Notes: generated by a model not told the origin, from the letters alone. Shown: positions 1-9,945, counted from the stretch's first letter. The stretch is DNA of 36,007 nucleotides from a bacterium (GCA_965233585.1 CBDDTI010000109.1:1-36007); one strand, 5' to 3'. A program made the numbers and translations.

Positions 1-1480
1 TGCCAAACTTCGTGCTTATGCGGATTGGACATTTGGCATGTCTTTGACCCGTGCGATGTCTCTGAAAGCAGGTCAGACATTGCACATTGGCAGGGTTTCT
101 ACTCCGACTTTAAATGCGATTGTCAAGCGATGCAGAGAACATGAGACTTTTGTCCCTCGTGAGTTTCAGGTGCTAACAGCTAGTTTTGGAGAGGTGAAAC
201 TCTCCTCTGATGAACTGAAGCCTGAACAGATGGAACAGTTAAAACTTCCTGTTGAGCAAGAATTAGTATTGTCCATAGAAAAAGAAGTCAAAGAAATTGC
301 TCCTTTGCAGTTTTTCTCTCTGGAGACTTTACAGCAGGAAGCAAACAGAGTGTTTTCTTTCACTGCAGATGAGACTCTGAAAATAGCTCAAAGTCTGTAT
401 GAATCTCAACTGATCACTTACCCAAGAACAGATTCTAAACACTTACCTAGTGACTTTGACAAGATGAGCATCAAGAGCATTTTTATCATTCATCAAAAGT
501 TGTTTGTGGATTACACAGAAAGCAAGCGATTCTTTGATTCTAGCAAAGTAGAAGACCATCATGCCATCATTCCCACAGAACAAGTAGCCTCTTTGGAAGA
601 TGAAAAGACTAGGGAGTTGTATGAGTTGATTTGTGCCAGATTTTTCCAAGCGTTTCAACCTCCTGCTCAAGTAGAAACTCTTAAAATCTCATCTTGTTTT
701 GATGGAATTGAGTTAAAAGGGAGTTTAGGTAGAGATGTGATATTAGGTTGGAAAGCTCATTACCCTTATGTCTCTGTCAACTCTGATGAGTGGCTAGAGT
801 TCCAAGATGGGCAAAGTGTTCAGGCTTGTCTTGATTTAGAGAGGAGGACAACCAAACCCCCTGCTTTGTTCAATGATGCCTCCATTTTGGGATTTATGAA
901 GAATCCAAAATCAGAATCTGACGAAAAAACCAGCAACGGCATAGGCACTCCTGCCACCCGTGCAGGAATCTTAAAAGAATTGCAAAACAGGGGCTACACT
1001 TTGCACAAAGGCAAAAGCATTGTTGCCACTGACAAAGCCTACACGCTCATTGATGCCACGCCTGTTGCCACTCTCAAAAATCCAGACATCACTATTGCCT
1101 TAGAAAAGCTGTTTGATTCCCTGAAGAAAGGAACAATCAGTTATGAACAAGCCAAGTGTCAGATGCAAGAGACCTTACAAGTTTTGATACAAGACGTCCT
1201 TAAACTGCCAACTCAAATAAACAAAGACTCAAAAAGCTATGGTCTTTGTCCTGTGTGTGCAGAGCCTGTGCTGTATGGCAAATATGGGCTTTACTGCAAG
1301 AACAAGGATTTTTCTTTGCCAATTTCTTTTTGTGGCAAGAAGATTCAAAGTCATTGGAAAACTTTGATGAAAGGTCAGCAGACGCCTCTTATCAAGGGTT
1401 TTCAATCCAAAGCAGGAAAAGCCTTTGATGCTTTTCTTGTTCTCAATGACAACAAAATTCAATGTTTGTTTAATAACTAA
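1..1480 (+). CDS. topB: DNA topoisomerase III, C-terminal part (full protein about 647 aa)
   Basis: Type IA motifs GRVSTPTL, LITYPRTDS (catalytic Tyr), DHHAIIPT and GIGTPATRA. C-terminal Cys ribbon and GFQSKAGKAFDA repeat. Confidence 0.95.
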   Translation, partial: AKLRAYADWTFGMSLTRAMSLKAGQTLHIGRVSTPTLNAIVKRCREHETFVPREFQVLTASFGEVKLSSDELKPEQMEQLKLPVEQELVLSIEKEVKEIAPLQFFSLETLQQEANRVFSFTADETLKIAQSLYESQLITYPRTDSKHLPSDFDKMSIKSIFIIHQKLFVDYTESKRFFDSSKVEDHHAIIPTEQVASLEDEKTRELYELICARFFQAFQPPAQVETLKISSCFDGIELKGSLGRDVILGWKAHYPYVSVNSDEWLEFQDGQSVQACLDLERRTTKPPALFNDASILGFMKNPKSESDEKTSNGIGTPATRAGILKELQNRGYTLHKGKSIVATDKAYTLIDATPVATLKNPDITIALEKLFDSLKKGTISYEQAKCQMQETLQVLIQDVLKLPTQINKDSKSYGLCPVCAEPVLYGKYGLYCKNKDFSLPISFCGKKIQSHWKTLMKGQQTPLIKGFQSKAGKAFDAFLVLNDNKIQCLFNN

Positions 1481-1483
1481 TTT

Positions 1484-1759
1484 ATGGAGAAACCTATGAA
1501 AACTGAAGAAGAAAAAATGCAAGAGTATTTAGCTCAAGATGATCCGTTTTACGATCCTGACCACCCCTTCCAAGTTCCACCACGAAAAGAAAGTTATACT
1601 GCCGAAGAACTGGGATTTTCTTCTATTATAGGAGTAGATGAATACGGCAACCCCATCGTTGACCCTGATTCAGATTTTGATGAGGAGGGAAACCCCAAAC
1701 GAGTGTTTGATGAAGAGGGGAATGAACTCTTTATGTTGGATTCTGTTGAAGAAATTTAA
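1484..1759 (+). CDS. Small acidic hypothetical protein
   Basis: 91-aa D/E-rich ORF tightly packed between topB and the primase gene. Confidence 0.6.
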   Translation: MEKPMKTEEEKMQEYLAQDDPFYDPDHPFQVPPRKESYTAEELGFSSIIGVDEYGNPIVDPDSDFDEEGNPKRVFDEEGNELFMLDSVEEI

Positions 1760-1761
1760 AC

Positions 1762-4700
1762 ATGGTCAAAGTGTCTGATGTCAAACAAGCTCATTCCATT
1801 GAGTCAGTGGTGTCTCAATATGCTGTCATTGACAAAAATGGCATGGCTTGTTGTCCCATTCATCAAGAAAAGACAGCATCGTTCAAAGTCAATGCAGACA
1901 AAGGTACAGCTCACTGCTTTGGTTGTGGCTTTCATGGGGACGTCATCTCCTTTGTGCAAGCAGTTGAAAAACTAGACTTCAAAGAAGCCATTCAAAAACT
2001 TGGACAAGGTTTGACCCCTTCTCATCAGCCAACAACTTCAGTCAAACAACAAGCAGCTGCTCCAGAGGTTTCACAGGAGCAAAAGCAAATTATTTATGCT
2101 GTCAACAAACGAGCAAGTGACTTGTTTCATGCCTCACTGAATGCAGGAGGCAAGCAATATCTCTACGGCAGAGGTGTCAATGATGAGAGCATTGAAAACT
2201 TTCAACTTGGATACTCATCAGCTCATGCAACTGAAACCTTAAAAAAAGAATTTAGGCAAGAAGATTTAATCCAAGCAGGTTTGTTTAAGCAGACTGACAA
2301 AGGATTGAGACCTGTTTTTTATAACAGGCTGATGTTTCCCATTCAAGACGAACAGGGACGATGCTGTGGATTTGGTGGACGTTCGTTGAGAGAGAATGAC
2401 AAGGTCAAATATCTCAACACAAAGGAGACACCCATCTATAAGAAATCTCACTTACTTTATGGAGAGTCTCTTTGTCAGAATAAGGAACAGGTTGTCATCA
2501 CGGAAAGATACGTAGATGCGATTGCACTGCATCAGAAAGGATTCAATGCAGTAGCACTTTGTGGAACTGCTTTGTCTGATTCGCAAGTGGCAAGAATTGA
2601 AAGGTTTGAACAGGTTGAACTGGCTTTTGACGCAGATAATGCAGGGAGGCAAGCGACTGACAAAGCACTTGAAAAGCTCCCTCAAGCAGAGGCTTGGATT
2701 CTACCACAAGGACAAGATGCAGCAGATTTTCTCTCTCAACAAAAAGAAATCGGACAAAGCTTAGATGAACAATACAACATCACAGGGAAATATCCCAGTT
2801 TCACTCTACCCACCAAGACACTCAAAAACATGTATACCGATGGTTTCTATATGACAGAATCACGTCGCTTTAAATATAGAACAAGCCAAGCGGAACAACG
2901 AGATGCAGAACGTTTATTAAATGCTGGAATGAAGGGTCAAACACTCATCATCAAGAACATTGCTAAGAAATACGAATCTCATTCAAGACGACATGGTTCT
3001 CTCAATGTCAGACAACGTAAATCCATCTCACGTGCTGGCTTGCACTTGCATCAGATGGCAACTGCTTTCCTCATTCATCAAAAACCGATGCCGAAAAAAA
3101 TCACACAACAAGAACAATTTAACAAACTTCTTGATTCTTTACAGAAGTTGGAAGACAAAAATTGGCAACAAAGTTGGTCTCCAGCTCTCTCTCATTTTAG
3201 GAGTCCTTCTTTATCCTATCGTTCTAATGGTTCTGTCTATGGAGCATATAACCAATTTGCTTTGTCTTTAGAACGAAGAATCCAACCTTGTTCTAATGTG
3301 TATATTGGATTTGTAGAAGCCAAAAAACATGGCTGGTCTATTAAAAAAGGAGAAAAAGGGCATCAGATCATTTTTACGAATCGTTATGTTTTTGACCAAG
3401 AAAAAAGAAAACGACTACAAGAACTCAATCAAAAAGATTCTTTAAGTGAGCAAGAGTCAAAAGAGAAAAAAGACATTGAGAAAGAGGCTGTACCTTTTGC
3501 TAAAGCACAGACTGTGTTTTCACTAGACCAAACTACTGCAGCACCTGAACAAATCAAAGAAAAACTTGGTCTTGAAATCAAAGCTCCCGATCTAACAAAC
3601 CATTCTTTGATGGAGCAAAAGCGATTTGCTCATGCAGAGTCTATCTTACAAAGATACTTCAAAGAACAAGGGATTACTTTTGAGTCAACAAATTCAAATC
3701 GTGCATTCTTTAAACCTTCTGAGAAAAAAATTGTTGTTCCCAAAAAAGAGCAATTTAAAGAATTAGAAGAGTATTATTCTACTGTGTTTCACGAAGCAGG
3801 ACATTCTACTGGAGTCGCTTTGGGGAGGGAATTTGGAACTCATCAAAAAGGAAAAACTTATGCCAAAGAGGAGTTAGTTGCTGAATTGACAAGTCTCAAT
3901 CTGCAACAAGAGTATCATTTTACAAATAATGAGACTCACACCAATTCTCTGAAATATCTCAAAGGTTGGTTAGACCATGCCAAAGGAAAAGAAGACGCTC
4001 CCAAAGTTCTGTTTGAGGCGTTTAAAGAAGCAGAAAAAGCGACCGATTTGATTATGGGAAGGAATCAAGACTTACAAAAAGGTGTTGAGATTGAGCAAGA
4101 CTCTCAAAAAGAAAAACTTCCCTCCAATCTTCAACTCAAGATTGATGAGAAAGGCACTGCTCATTTGCTTGGTAGTGACAAAAGTATTTCTTTGCCACAA
4201 GAAAAACTTCCTTCAGACATTCAAAGCAAGCTCATCACAGAAGCAGTGCAGCATGGTTTTACCTATAATGACAAAGAGAATCTTTTAACTGCTCCTGAAA
4301 ATGAAACTTCTCAAAAATTCATCAAGGCTCTTGAAGAAAAAACACTTGCCACCCATCAAGAGTTAGAAATCACAAAAGAAGAAAAAATACCTGTCCAACA
4401 AGAGCAAGAGAATCTTGCTAGCAAAGTGGTTGTTGCATCAGTTGGATTTGACCAAGCACAGACTCAAAAATTTGACCAAGCTGTCAGGGAAAAGTTTGAC
4501 CTTAAAAAAGAAAAACCGACTGAAACCCAAAAAGAAGACATAGTTTCTCAAGTCATTGTTAAGGTGAGTGAAGAAGAAAAAATCAGACCAATTCAAGAAC
4601 AACCAACTGGCACAAAAAGCACTGAACAACCGAGTTTATTACCTCCTGAACAAGTGGTTTTCAAACAAAAACTAGCCTCTTGCAAGCCTGAATTTGTGCA

Positions 4701-4860
4701 ACTGCTGAACGACCATGACTTCCGTTATGATCCAAAGGAACAAGCCTTTAAAGCTCCTGCTGACAGCCCTAAAGCTCAAAAATTCTTGAAGATTGCTAAA
4801 CAAGAAGAGCAAAAAATCAAAAAGCAAACAAAGGAAAAAGAAACCTCAATGCAGATGTAG
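1762..4860 (+). CDS. DnaG-type primase (CHC2 zinc finger + TOPRIM) fused to ArdC-like ssDNA-binding and zincin metallopeptidase domains
   Basis: CPIHQEKTASF...CFGCG zinc finger; FYNRLMFPI, GFGGR, KYLN and DADNAG primase motifs; Y.AYNQ..L and IKKGEKG ArdC-N motifs; YYSTVFHEAGH and YAKEELVAEL peptidase motifs. Confidence 0.9.
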   Translation: MVKVSDVKQAHSIESVVSQYAVIDKNGMACCPIHQEKTASFKVNADKGTAHCFGCGFHGDVISFVQAVEKLDFKEAIQKLGQGLTPSHQPTTSVKQQAAAPEVSQEQKQIIYAVNKRASDLFHASLNAGGKQYLYGRGVNDESIENFQLGYSSAHATETLKKEFRQEDLIQAGLFKQTDKGLRPVFYNRLMFPIQDEQGRCCGFGGRSLRENDKVKYLNTKETPIYKKSHLLYGESLCQNKEQVVITERYVDAIALHQKGFNAVALCGTALSDSQVARIERFEQVELAFDADNAGRQATDKALEKLPQAEAWILPQGQDAADFLSQQKEIGQSLDEQYNITGKYPSFTLPTKTLKNMYTDGFYMTESRRFKYRTSQAEQRDAERLLNAGMKGQTLIIKNIAKKYESHSRRHGSLNVRQRKSISRAGLHLHQMATAFLIHQKPMPKKITQQEQFNKLLDSLQKLEDKNWQQSWSPALSHFRSPSLSYRSNGSVYGAYNQFALSLERRIQPCSNVYIGFVEAKKHGWSIKKGEKGHQIIFTNRYVFDQEKRKRLQELNQKDSLSEQESKEKKDIEKEAVPFAKAQTVFSLDQTTAAPEQIKEKLGLEIKAPDLTNHSLMEQKRFAHAESILQRYFKEQGITFESTNSNRAFFKPSEKKIVVPKKEQFKELEEYYSTVFHEAGHSTGVALGREFGTHQKGKTYAKEELVAELTSLNLQQEYHFTNNETHTNSLKYLKGWLDHAKGKEDAPKVLFEAFKEAEKATDLIMGRNQDLQKGVEIEQDSQKEKLPSNLQLKIDEKGTAHLLGSDKSISLPQEKLPSDIQSKLITEAVQHGFTYNDKENLLTAPENETSQKFIKALEEKTLATHQELEITKEEKIPVQQEQENLASKVVVASVGFDQAQTQKFDQAVREKFDLKKEKPTETQKEDIVSQVIVKVSEEEKIRPIQEQPTGTKSTEQPSLLPPEQVVFKQKLASCKPEFVQLLNDHDFRYDPKEQAFKAPADSPKAQKFLKIAKQEEQKIKKQTKEKETSMQM

Positions 4861-6678
4861 ATGAAAAACGACACTTACAAATTATTAAGAGATACTTGGT
4901 TTTTGATTCCTGTGTTGGTGTTTGCAGGAATCAATGCCTTTTATGCTGAGGCTTTTGGTCAGAGATGGTATGAGATGCCTTATGTAGAAGTCATCAACTC
5001 TCTTTTTGAATTATTAGAATCTTCTCAAGAAGGCAGTGATGTGTTCAGTCTGTTAGCTTTTGACGAGTTGGTTTCTTCTCTTTTGATGTTCTCTTCTGTG
5101 GCTTTAGTATTGTTATACAATCCGTTTCAAGAGTTGTATGAAAATACACGTGTTCATGGAGCTGCACGCTTTGCTAAATTGAAAGACATTAAGAAAGCAG
5201 GTTTTTTAGCAAGGAATGGCATCGTGTTAGGAACTTGGAGATCAAAGACTTTGAGGTTAGATGAGCCTTTGAGTGTGTTGGTTTTAGCACCACCAGGGAC
5301 AGGAAAGAGTGCAGGGATAGCCGTGCCGACTTTGTTTCAGTGTCAGAACTCCATCGTGTGTTTAGATGTTAAAGGAGAGTTATTTTCTATCACGTCTGCC
5401 CATCGTGCATCGTTTTCAAAAGTGATGGTGTTTGAGCCGACCAATCCCAACACGTCCAAATGGAATCCGTTTGCCAAATCTTCTTTGCCAGATGACCAAT
5501 CAGAGTTGTATGTCAAAGTGCAAAAGATTGGTACCATTCTGTTTGATTCCTCGCAGAGTCAAGACAAGTATTGGCAGGAAGCAGCCAAGAAGATTTTTAT
5601 CAATACAGCTTTAGCTCTCATTGCCAGAGATGGAGAAACCTCTTTGCCACTCATTTACCAATCAACATTAGGAGAAGATAGGAAAGGGGTGTTAGCTAGT
5701 CTGTCTCATGTGGAGAAACTTCAGTCATTCACATTTGGATCAATGGTCAAGAAGGAGCTGTCTGAATACATCAACAAAGCAGACAATCAGTTTTCAGGTG
5801 AGATTGGCTCATTTGATATGGGAATGCAGGCATTTACCGACCCAAGACTGATCAATGCCTTGTCTCAAGATGAGATTCGCTTTCAAGATTTAAGAGGTAT
5901 TGATGGGAATGCAGTGTCTCTGTATCTGATCATTAAGCCTGAAGATGTGGACAGGCTAGCTCCTGTCATTCGTTTATTCTTTGAATTTATGACTCAATAT
6001 TTCTTGTCTAATCCAGTAGATAAAAGCAAAGATAAGATGATTACTTTGGTTTTAGATGAGTTTATCAGGCTTGGAAAGTTAGACCAGATCATTCAGATGC
6101 CAGCCCTGTCTCGTGGGCAGTGGGTCAATGCTGTGTTTATTGCTCAATCCATTGGACAAATTGACAGACTTTATCAAGAGGCTGGTAGGCGTGAGATTAT
6201 GGCAACAACAGCTGTCAAAGTCATTTTTTCTCAAAATGATCCTCAATCGGCAAGAGAAGTCTCTGATTCCATCGGAGACACCACTGTTGAGATTGTCAAT
6301 CGTTCTGCAGGCTCAAAGCATTCTGTCTTTGCTTCTGCTTCTGTCAGTGAACAAGGCAAGAAACTTTTATCGCCCCAAAAGATTCAGACCATTCCTAAAT
6401 CAGACTGCTATGTCCTCTATCAGTTTGGCGGAGAAAGACCGATCCAAGCCAAGATTGCTTACTGGTTTCAAAACAGAACATGGAAAAGAAAACAAGGAGC
6501 AGTCGCTCATAGTTTGATTTACAGACCTCATCAATCACAAATCTCTGACCAAGAACTCCAAAAGATTCTACCACCTCAAACAACCACACCCGCACAAGAA
6601 CAAGTTTTTGATGAGAATCTTGAGAATCAGGAGCTTCAAGACAACATCATCAACTTTCTCAAACAAGATAGCGATTAG
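4861..6678 (+). CDS. virD4: Type IV coupling protein VirD4/TraG
   Basis: N-terminal TM segments, HGAARFA, Walker A APPGTGKS, DVKGE, Walker B LVLDEF, AQSIGQI. Confidence 0.95.
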   Translation: MKNDTYKLLRDTWFLIPVLVFAGINAFYAEAFGQRWYEMPYVEVINSLFELLESSQEGSDVFSLLAFDELVSSLLMFSSVALVLLYNPFQELYENTRVHGAARFAKLKDIKKAGFLARNGIVLGTWRSKTLRLDEPLSVLVLAPPGTGKSAGIAVPTLFQCQNSIVCLDVKGELFSITSAHRASFSKVMVFEPTNPNTSKWNPFAKSSLPDDQSELYVKVQKIGTILFDSSQSQDKYWQEAAKKIFINTALALIARDGETSLPLIYQSTLGEDRKGVLASLSHVEKLQSFTFGSMVKKELSEYINKADNQFSGEIGSFDMGMQAFTDPRLINALSQDEIRFQDLRGIDGNAVSLYLIIKPEDVDRLAPVIRLFFEFMTQYFLSNPVDKSKDKMITLVLDEFIRLGKLDQIIQMPALSRGQWVNAVFIAQSIGQIDRLYQEAGRREIMATTAVKVIFSQNDPQSAREVSDSIGDTTVEIVNRSAGSKHSVFASASVSEQGKKLLSPQKIQTIPKSDCYVLYQFGGERPIQAKIAYWFQNRTWKRKQGAVAHSLIYRPHQSQISDQELQKILPPQTTTPAQEQVFDENLENQELQDNIINFLKQDSD

Positions 6679-6782
6679 CTGCTGGTCATTTCATTCTTCT
6701 TTCTTTGCCTTCTTCTATCTGCTACAAAGAAAATAATTGTTGTGACTCCTATAAAAATGACTGTTGTTGTGTACAGTATCAT
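6675..6782 (-). CDS. Small single-TM protein B with basic tail, cassette copy 1 (35 aa)
   Basis: MILYTTTVIFIGVTTIIFFVADRRRQRKKNEMTSS. Confidence 0.65.
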   Translation of the reverse strand: MILYTTTVIFIGVTTIIFFVADRRRQRKKNEMTSS

Positions 6783-6898
6783 TTGTCTTTCTCCAAAAAG
6801 TAGATAATTGTGACTATGACATTTTCTATCACTAGACTCATCAAATAACCTATTCCTGCAATATTTCCTGCAAGAATCAACAACAGGTATTCTTTCAT
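6779..6898 (-). CDS. Small membrane protein A, cassette copy 1 (39 aa, probably internally shortened)
   Basis: Manual translation MKEYLLLILAGNIAGIGYLMSLVIENVIVTIIYFLEKDK; ATGA overlap with the next ORF. Confidence 0.65.
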   Translation of the reverse strand: MKEYLLLILAGNIAGIGYLMSLVIENVIVTIIYFLEKDK

Positions 6899-6994
6899 TT
6901 TAAAATTTTTAGATGTATATTAAGTCTTTGATGAGAATCTTGAGAATCAGGAGCTTCAAGACAATATCATCAACTTTCTCAAACAAGACACGGA

Positions 6995-7084
6995 TTAGCT
7001 TTTAATCGCTTTTTTTCTTTCTAAGATGAAAAGAGTGATGACTGTGATCCCAACCACACCTGTCATTATCATATAAAGTATCAT
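6995..7084 (-). CDS. Small single-TM protein B, cassette copy 2 (29 aa)
   Basis: MILYMIMTGVVGITVITLFILERKKAIKS, a paralog of 6675-6782. Confidence 0.6.
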   Translation of the reverse strand: MILYMIMTGVVGITVITLFILERKKAIKS

Positions 7085-7118
7085 TTTTGATTCCTCATAA
7101 AATAGACAACCATCAGTA

Positions 7119-7226
7119 TTATTTAGAGTAACCTAAAAGCGTCTTTTTATTTTCCATGACAAGACTGATGAGATAACCAGCTCCTGCAATGTTTCCACCA
7201 AGTAACAACAATAAATATTCTTTCAT
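7119..7226 (-). pseudogene. Small membrane protein A, cassette copy 2, apparently truncated
   Basis: MKEYLLLLLGGNIAGAGYLISLVMENKKTLLGYSK*. The remnant tail (LMVVYFMRNQK*) lies in another frame and ends in ATGA at 7081-7084. Confidence 0.55.
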
Positions 7227-7324
7227 TTTTAAGGTTCTAAATCTTTTTCATCACATAATATCCTTAAACAAGAAAATATATCAAAAAGACATAATAACAA
7301 TACTGTTATCATATTTTTTTGATA

Positions 7325-7768
7325 CTAGAAAAGCATCTCATCTAATAATTTGATATTGCCAAAGTGTTTTGCTTTTTCATAGTACCTTTTGTCTGCAGTG
7401 ATGAAGTCACATTGATTAAAAAGAGCTAAGGCATGATAGCTTGCATCATAGAAGGTAGGGAATCCTGATTTCTCTGTTCTTTCTTCACTAATTGTGAGAG
7501 CTTGACTGACTATTTCTTTTTGCAATTCAAAGACTTTGATACATGGGTTGTAATAGTAATTGTTAAGAAACTCTTCTATAAGAACTTGGCTATAACCATA
7601 TTTCTTAAAAACACCTATCACTTCATATAAAAAAAGAGAAGGAACAAGAATATAATTTTCGTCACTGATGATTTTGGCAAATAATGCCTCAACACGTTCC
7701 GAATCTTTTTCAAAAACTAAAAGTTTCACATAAACGGAGGAATCTAACACATAACTTTTATTCATCAT
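7325..7768 (-). CDS. vapC: PIN-domain toxin (VapC family)
   Basis: YVLDSSV start, P.LFLYEV, YDASYHALA and FITAD conserved PIN motifs. Confidence 0.9.
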   Translation of the reverse strand: MMNKSYVLDSSVYVKLLVFEKDSERVEALFAKIISDENYILVPSLFLYEVIGVFKKYGYSQVLIEEFLNNYYYNPCIKVFELQKEIVSQALTISEERTEKSGFPTFYDASYHALALFNQCDFITADKRYYEKAKHFGNIKLLDEMLF

Positions 7769-8057
7769 TTTTCTGCTGGATAGCGACTTGAGACTTTCTG
7801 TCAGTTATCTCCTTCCTGACTTCTCTGACTACATCTTCACTTTTCTTATTTAAAGATTGAGGTAGATTTTCCCTTTCTCTTTTGAGTGTTTTGAGACTTT
7901 GAAGAATTTTTTTTCTTTCCAATTTTTCTTGTTCTCTTTCTAATTCATTCTTAATCGCTCTGTTAACAAAATCTGTTTGCTTCCTGCTGGGAATGATGAG
8001 TTTCATCAGGTCACTAGAGTCACGATTGATATTGAATGTTTTTTTGTTAAATTCCAT
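7758..8057 (-). CDS. Putative antitoxin (RHH-like) partner of the PIN toxin
   Basis: Small upstream overlapping ORF with a TDFVNRAI helix and an SEDVVREVR tail; typical type II TA layout. Confidence 0.75.
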   Translation of the reverse strand: MEFNKKTFNINRDSSDLMKLIIPSRKQTDFVNRAIKNELEREQEKLERKKILQSLKTLKRERENLPQSLNKKSEDVVREVRKEITDRKSQVAIQQKNDE

Positions 8058-8191
8058 AATTGAGATCGCTTTATAAGTCAGTATAAATAGATGGCATTAT
8101 ATATGGTTTTATAAAAAATTACAAAGAAAGAAACTATTGATATTATTTTTATTTTATAATAGTATATTTTCAATCTCATTAAAATATTAAT

Positions 8192-8836
8192 ATGATACTA
8201 ACAATAGCACACCAGAAAGGCGGAGTTGGCAAGAGTACCATCGCATTTAATCTTGCCGTAGAGTTTCAAAAGAAAGTGAGAGTTAAATTACTGGACTTGG
8301 ATATTCAAAAGACTTTGAGCTATACGAATCTTTTAAGACAAGAACATAAGACAATGCTTGATTTGGAAAAACCAAATCAAATGCAACTAGAAGAGATTTT
8401 ATCTGCTCCAGAAAAAAATGTTTTTTATATCTTAGATTTAGGAGGTTTTGATTCTAGTTTGAATCGGATTGCTTTGTTCACATCAGATTTGATTTTGACA
8501 CCTGTGTCAGATGAAGGTGTTGAGATTTTGGGATTGCAAGAGTTTGAGAAGATTTTGAAAGAGTTAAGTGAACTAGCAAGTAGCTCCATTCAGTCTTTTG
8601 TGATTTTGAACAAAATCAATCCTGCTGCTAAAAAATTTGATGAGATGAGACATTTCATCAACAGTTCAGATCATTACCAAGTTTTGGATAGCATCGTCAA
8701 AAGAAGAGTAGATTTGTCAAGATCATTGGCAATGGGATTATCTGTATCTGAATATGCCCCAAACTCTGTTTCTGCCCAAGAGATTAATCAGCTCACTCAA
8801 GAAATTTACAATTTAACAGGATTAAACAATGTCTAA
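8192..8836 (+). CDS. parA: ParA family partition ATPase (type Ib)
   Basis: Deviant Walker A QKGGVGKST, DLDIQ; 214 aa with no N-terminal HTH. Confidence 0.93.
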   Translation: MILTIAHQKGGVGKSTIAFNLAVEFQKKVRVKLLDLDIQKTLSYTNLLRQEHKTMLDLEKPNQMQLEEILSAPEKNVFYILDLGGFDSSLNRIALFTSDLILTPVSDEGVEILGLQEFEKILKELSELASSSIQSFVILNKINPAAKKFDEMRHFINSSDHYQVLDSIVKRRVDLSRSLAMGLSVSEYAPNSVSAQEINQLTQEIYNLTGLNNV

Positions 8837-9044
8837 AACTCAACAATTAGAGAAGTTTAAGCAGGTTGCTCAATCTGCTCCAATGCAACAAGAAGGCTCA
8901 CAAGCCACTCAGAATGATCATAGTCTTGTGGTCAGATTCCCGAAGCAATGGATTGAAAGAATCAAAAGCCACCCTTCCAATTATTCAATGAATCAATTTA
9001 TTCGTTCAGCCATTTGGGAAAAAATAGAAAAAGAACGTCTCTAA
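8829..9044 (+). CDS. Small RHH partition partner (ParG-like)
   Basis: 71 aa, overlaps parA; C-terminal LVVRFP...SMNQFIRSAIWEKI RHH pattern. Confidence 0.7.
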   Translation: MSKTQQLEKFKQVAQSAPMQQEGSQATQNDHSLVVRFPKQWIERIKSHPSNYSMNQFIRSAIWEKIEKERL

Positions 9045-9057
9045 TCGTGATTTTGGT

Positions 9058-9152
9058 GTTGTATTAAGGAAAATAGGGGTTGTAGTACTGATTTTTAGGT
9101 GTGTAGTACGCTTTTTTAGGGTTGTATTAAGGAAAATAAGTGTTGTAGTACT
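9058..9152 (+). repeat. 21-bp-period iteron-like repeats (candidate oriV or parS)
   Basis: GTTGTA core at 9058, 9079, 9121 and 9142 (variant at 9100). The 32-mer GTTGTATTAAGGAAAATA(G/A)G(G/T)GTTGTAGTACT occurs at 9058 and 9121. Confidence 0.7.
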
Positions 9153-9271
9153 TTGATGGGATTTTGAAGAATTTAGGTAGCAGGATACGCATTTCCTAAT
9201 AGTGAAACTATTAGCCATGCAATGACGGGGTCGCTGACGCTTACTGTGATGAAAATTGTGTTAAAAATTGC

Positions 9272-9300
9272 TTGACATCTTGTTGTGAGTCTATTACGAT
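9272..9300 (+). promoter_or_regulatory. Sigma70-like promoter
   Basis: TTGACA (9272-9277), 17 bp, TACGAT (9295-9300). Confidence 0.55.
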
Positions 9301-9360
9301 AGATGCAAACGTTAGGACTTTCACAAATGATAAGAATTATTATCGCTTATATAAATTATC

Positions 9361-9945
9361 CTAATCTAGCTTGGTGACTGAATTGTATTCGGTCACTTCC
9401 AGTCTGAGTGGATTGATGACATCCACATTTTCTATTCCTAATCTTATATCGTTTTCTGGGAATTGAGTCAAGAGTTTCCACTGTATCAGTGCGACTTTCT
9501 TTTCAATGTTTTCATCAGTCTGACTAATATACTCCATTTGAATTAAGTTGTCATCTAATTTTTCAGTTGAGATGATTTTAATTTGAACAATTTGATTGGA
9601 TTGTTTGAATCGTCTCCATTTAGAGAATAAGAAAGGATTTGTGAATGCTTTGAGATTTTCTAAATCCCTTCTTTCATGGAGTAAGATGAATGTTTTAAGA
9701 TATTTCTGAATGATGAAATCATCACCAGACGTCAATCCATCTTGAACGGATTGGATTTGTTGGATGTGTTGGTTTTCGTAGAGATAGACCTTTTGTGTAT
9801 TGATTTGTCTTGATAGATAGCGATTGGATATAGATTGATAGACAATTCCAGCTAAAGCAATCAGACAAGCAGAGATGAGAATCTTGGTAATGGCTTTTTG
9901 GACTTCCCAAGTTTCAAAAGAGAGTTGAAATCTGTGAATTTTCAT
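9361..9945 (-). CDS. VirB8-like protein (paralog 2)
   Basis: Single N-terminal TM, YLKTFILLHER helix, C-terminal INPLRLEVTEY resembling the VirB8 NPLGF.V..Y motif. Confidence 0.6.
   Translation of the reverse strand: MKIHRFQLSFETWEVQKAITKILISACLIALAGIVYQSISNRYLSRQINTQKVYLYENQHIQQIQSVQDGLTSGDDFIIQKYLKTFILLHERRDLENLKAFTNPFLFSKWRRFKQSNQIVQIKIISTEKLDDNLIQMEYISQTDENIEKKVALIQWKLLTQFPENDIRLGIENVDVINPLRLEVTEYNSVTKLD

Larger units (their letters stand above)
6607..7000 (+). repeat. 74-bp direct repeat of the virD4 3' end (6607-6680 and 6927-7000)
   Basis: TTTGATGAGAATCTTGAGAATCAGGAGCTTCAAGACAA...GATTAGCT occurs twice, 320 bp apart, with few substitutions. Confidence 0.95.

Noticed and set aside
1721..1745. 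Spacer 12 similarity to the end of the acidic ORF
   Set aside because: 15/26 identity, weaker than the vapC alignment and likely chance.
9006..9218. 70-aa ORF
   Set aside because: It is a translation of the iteron repeats and overlaps the par partner.
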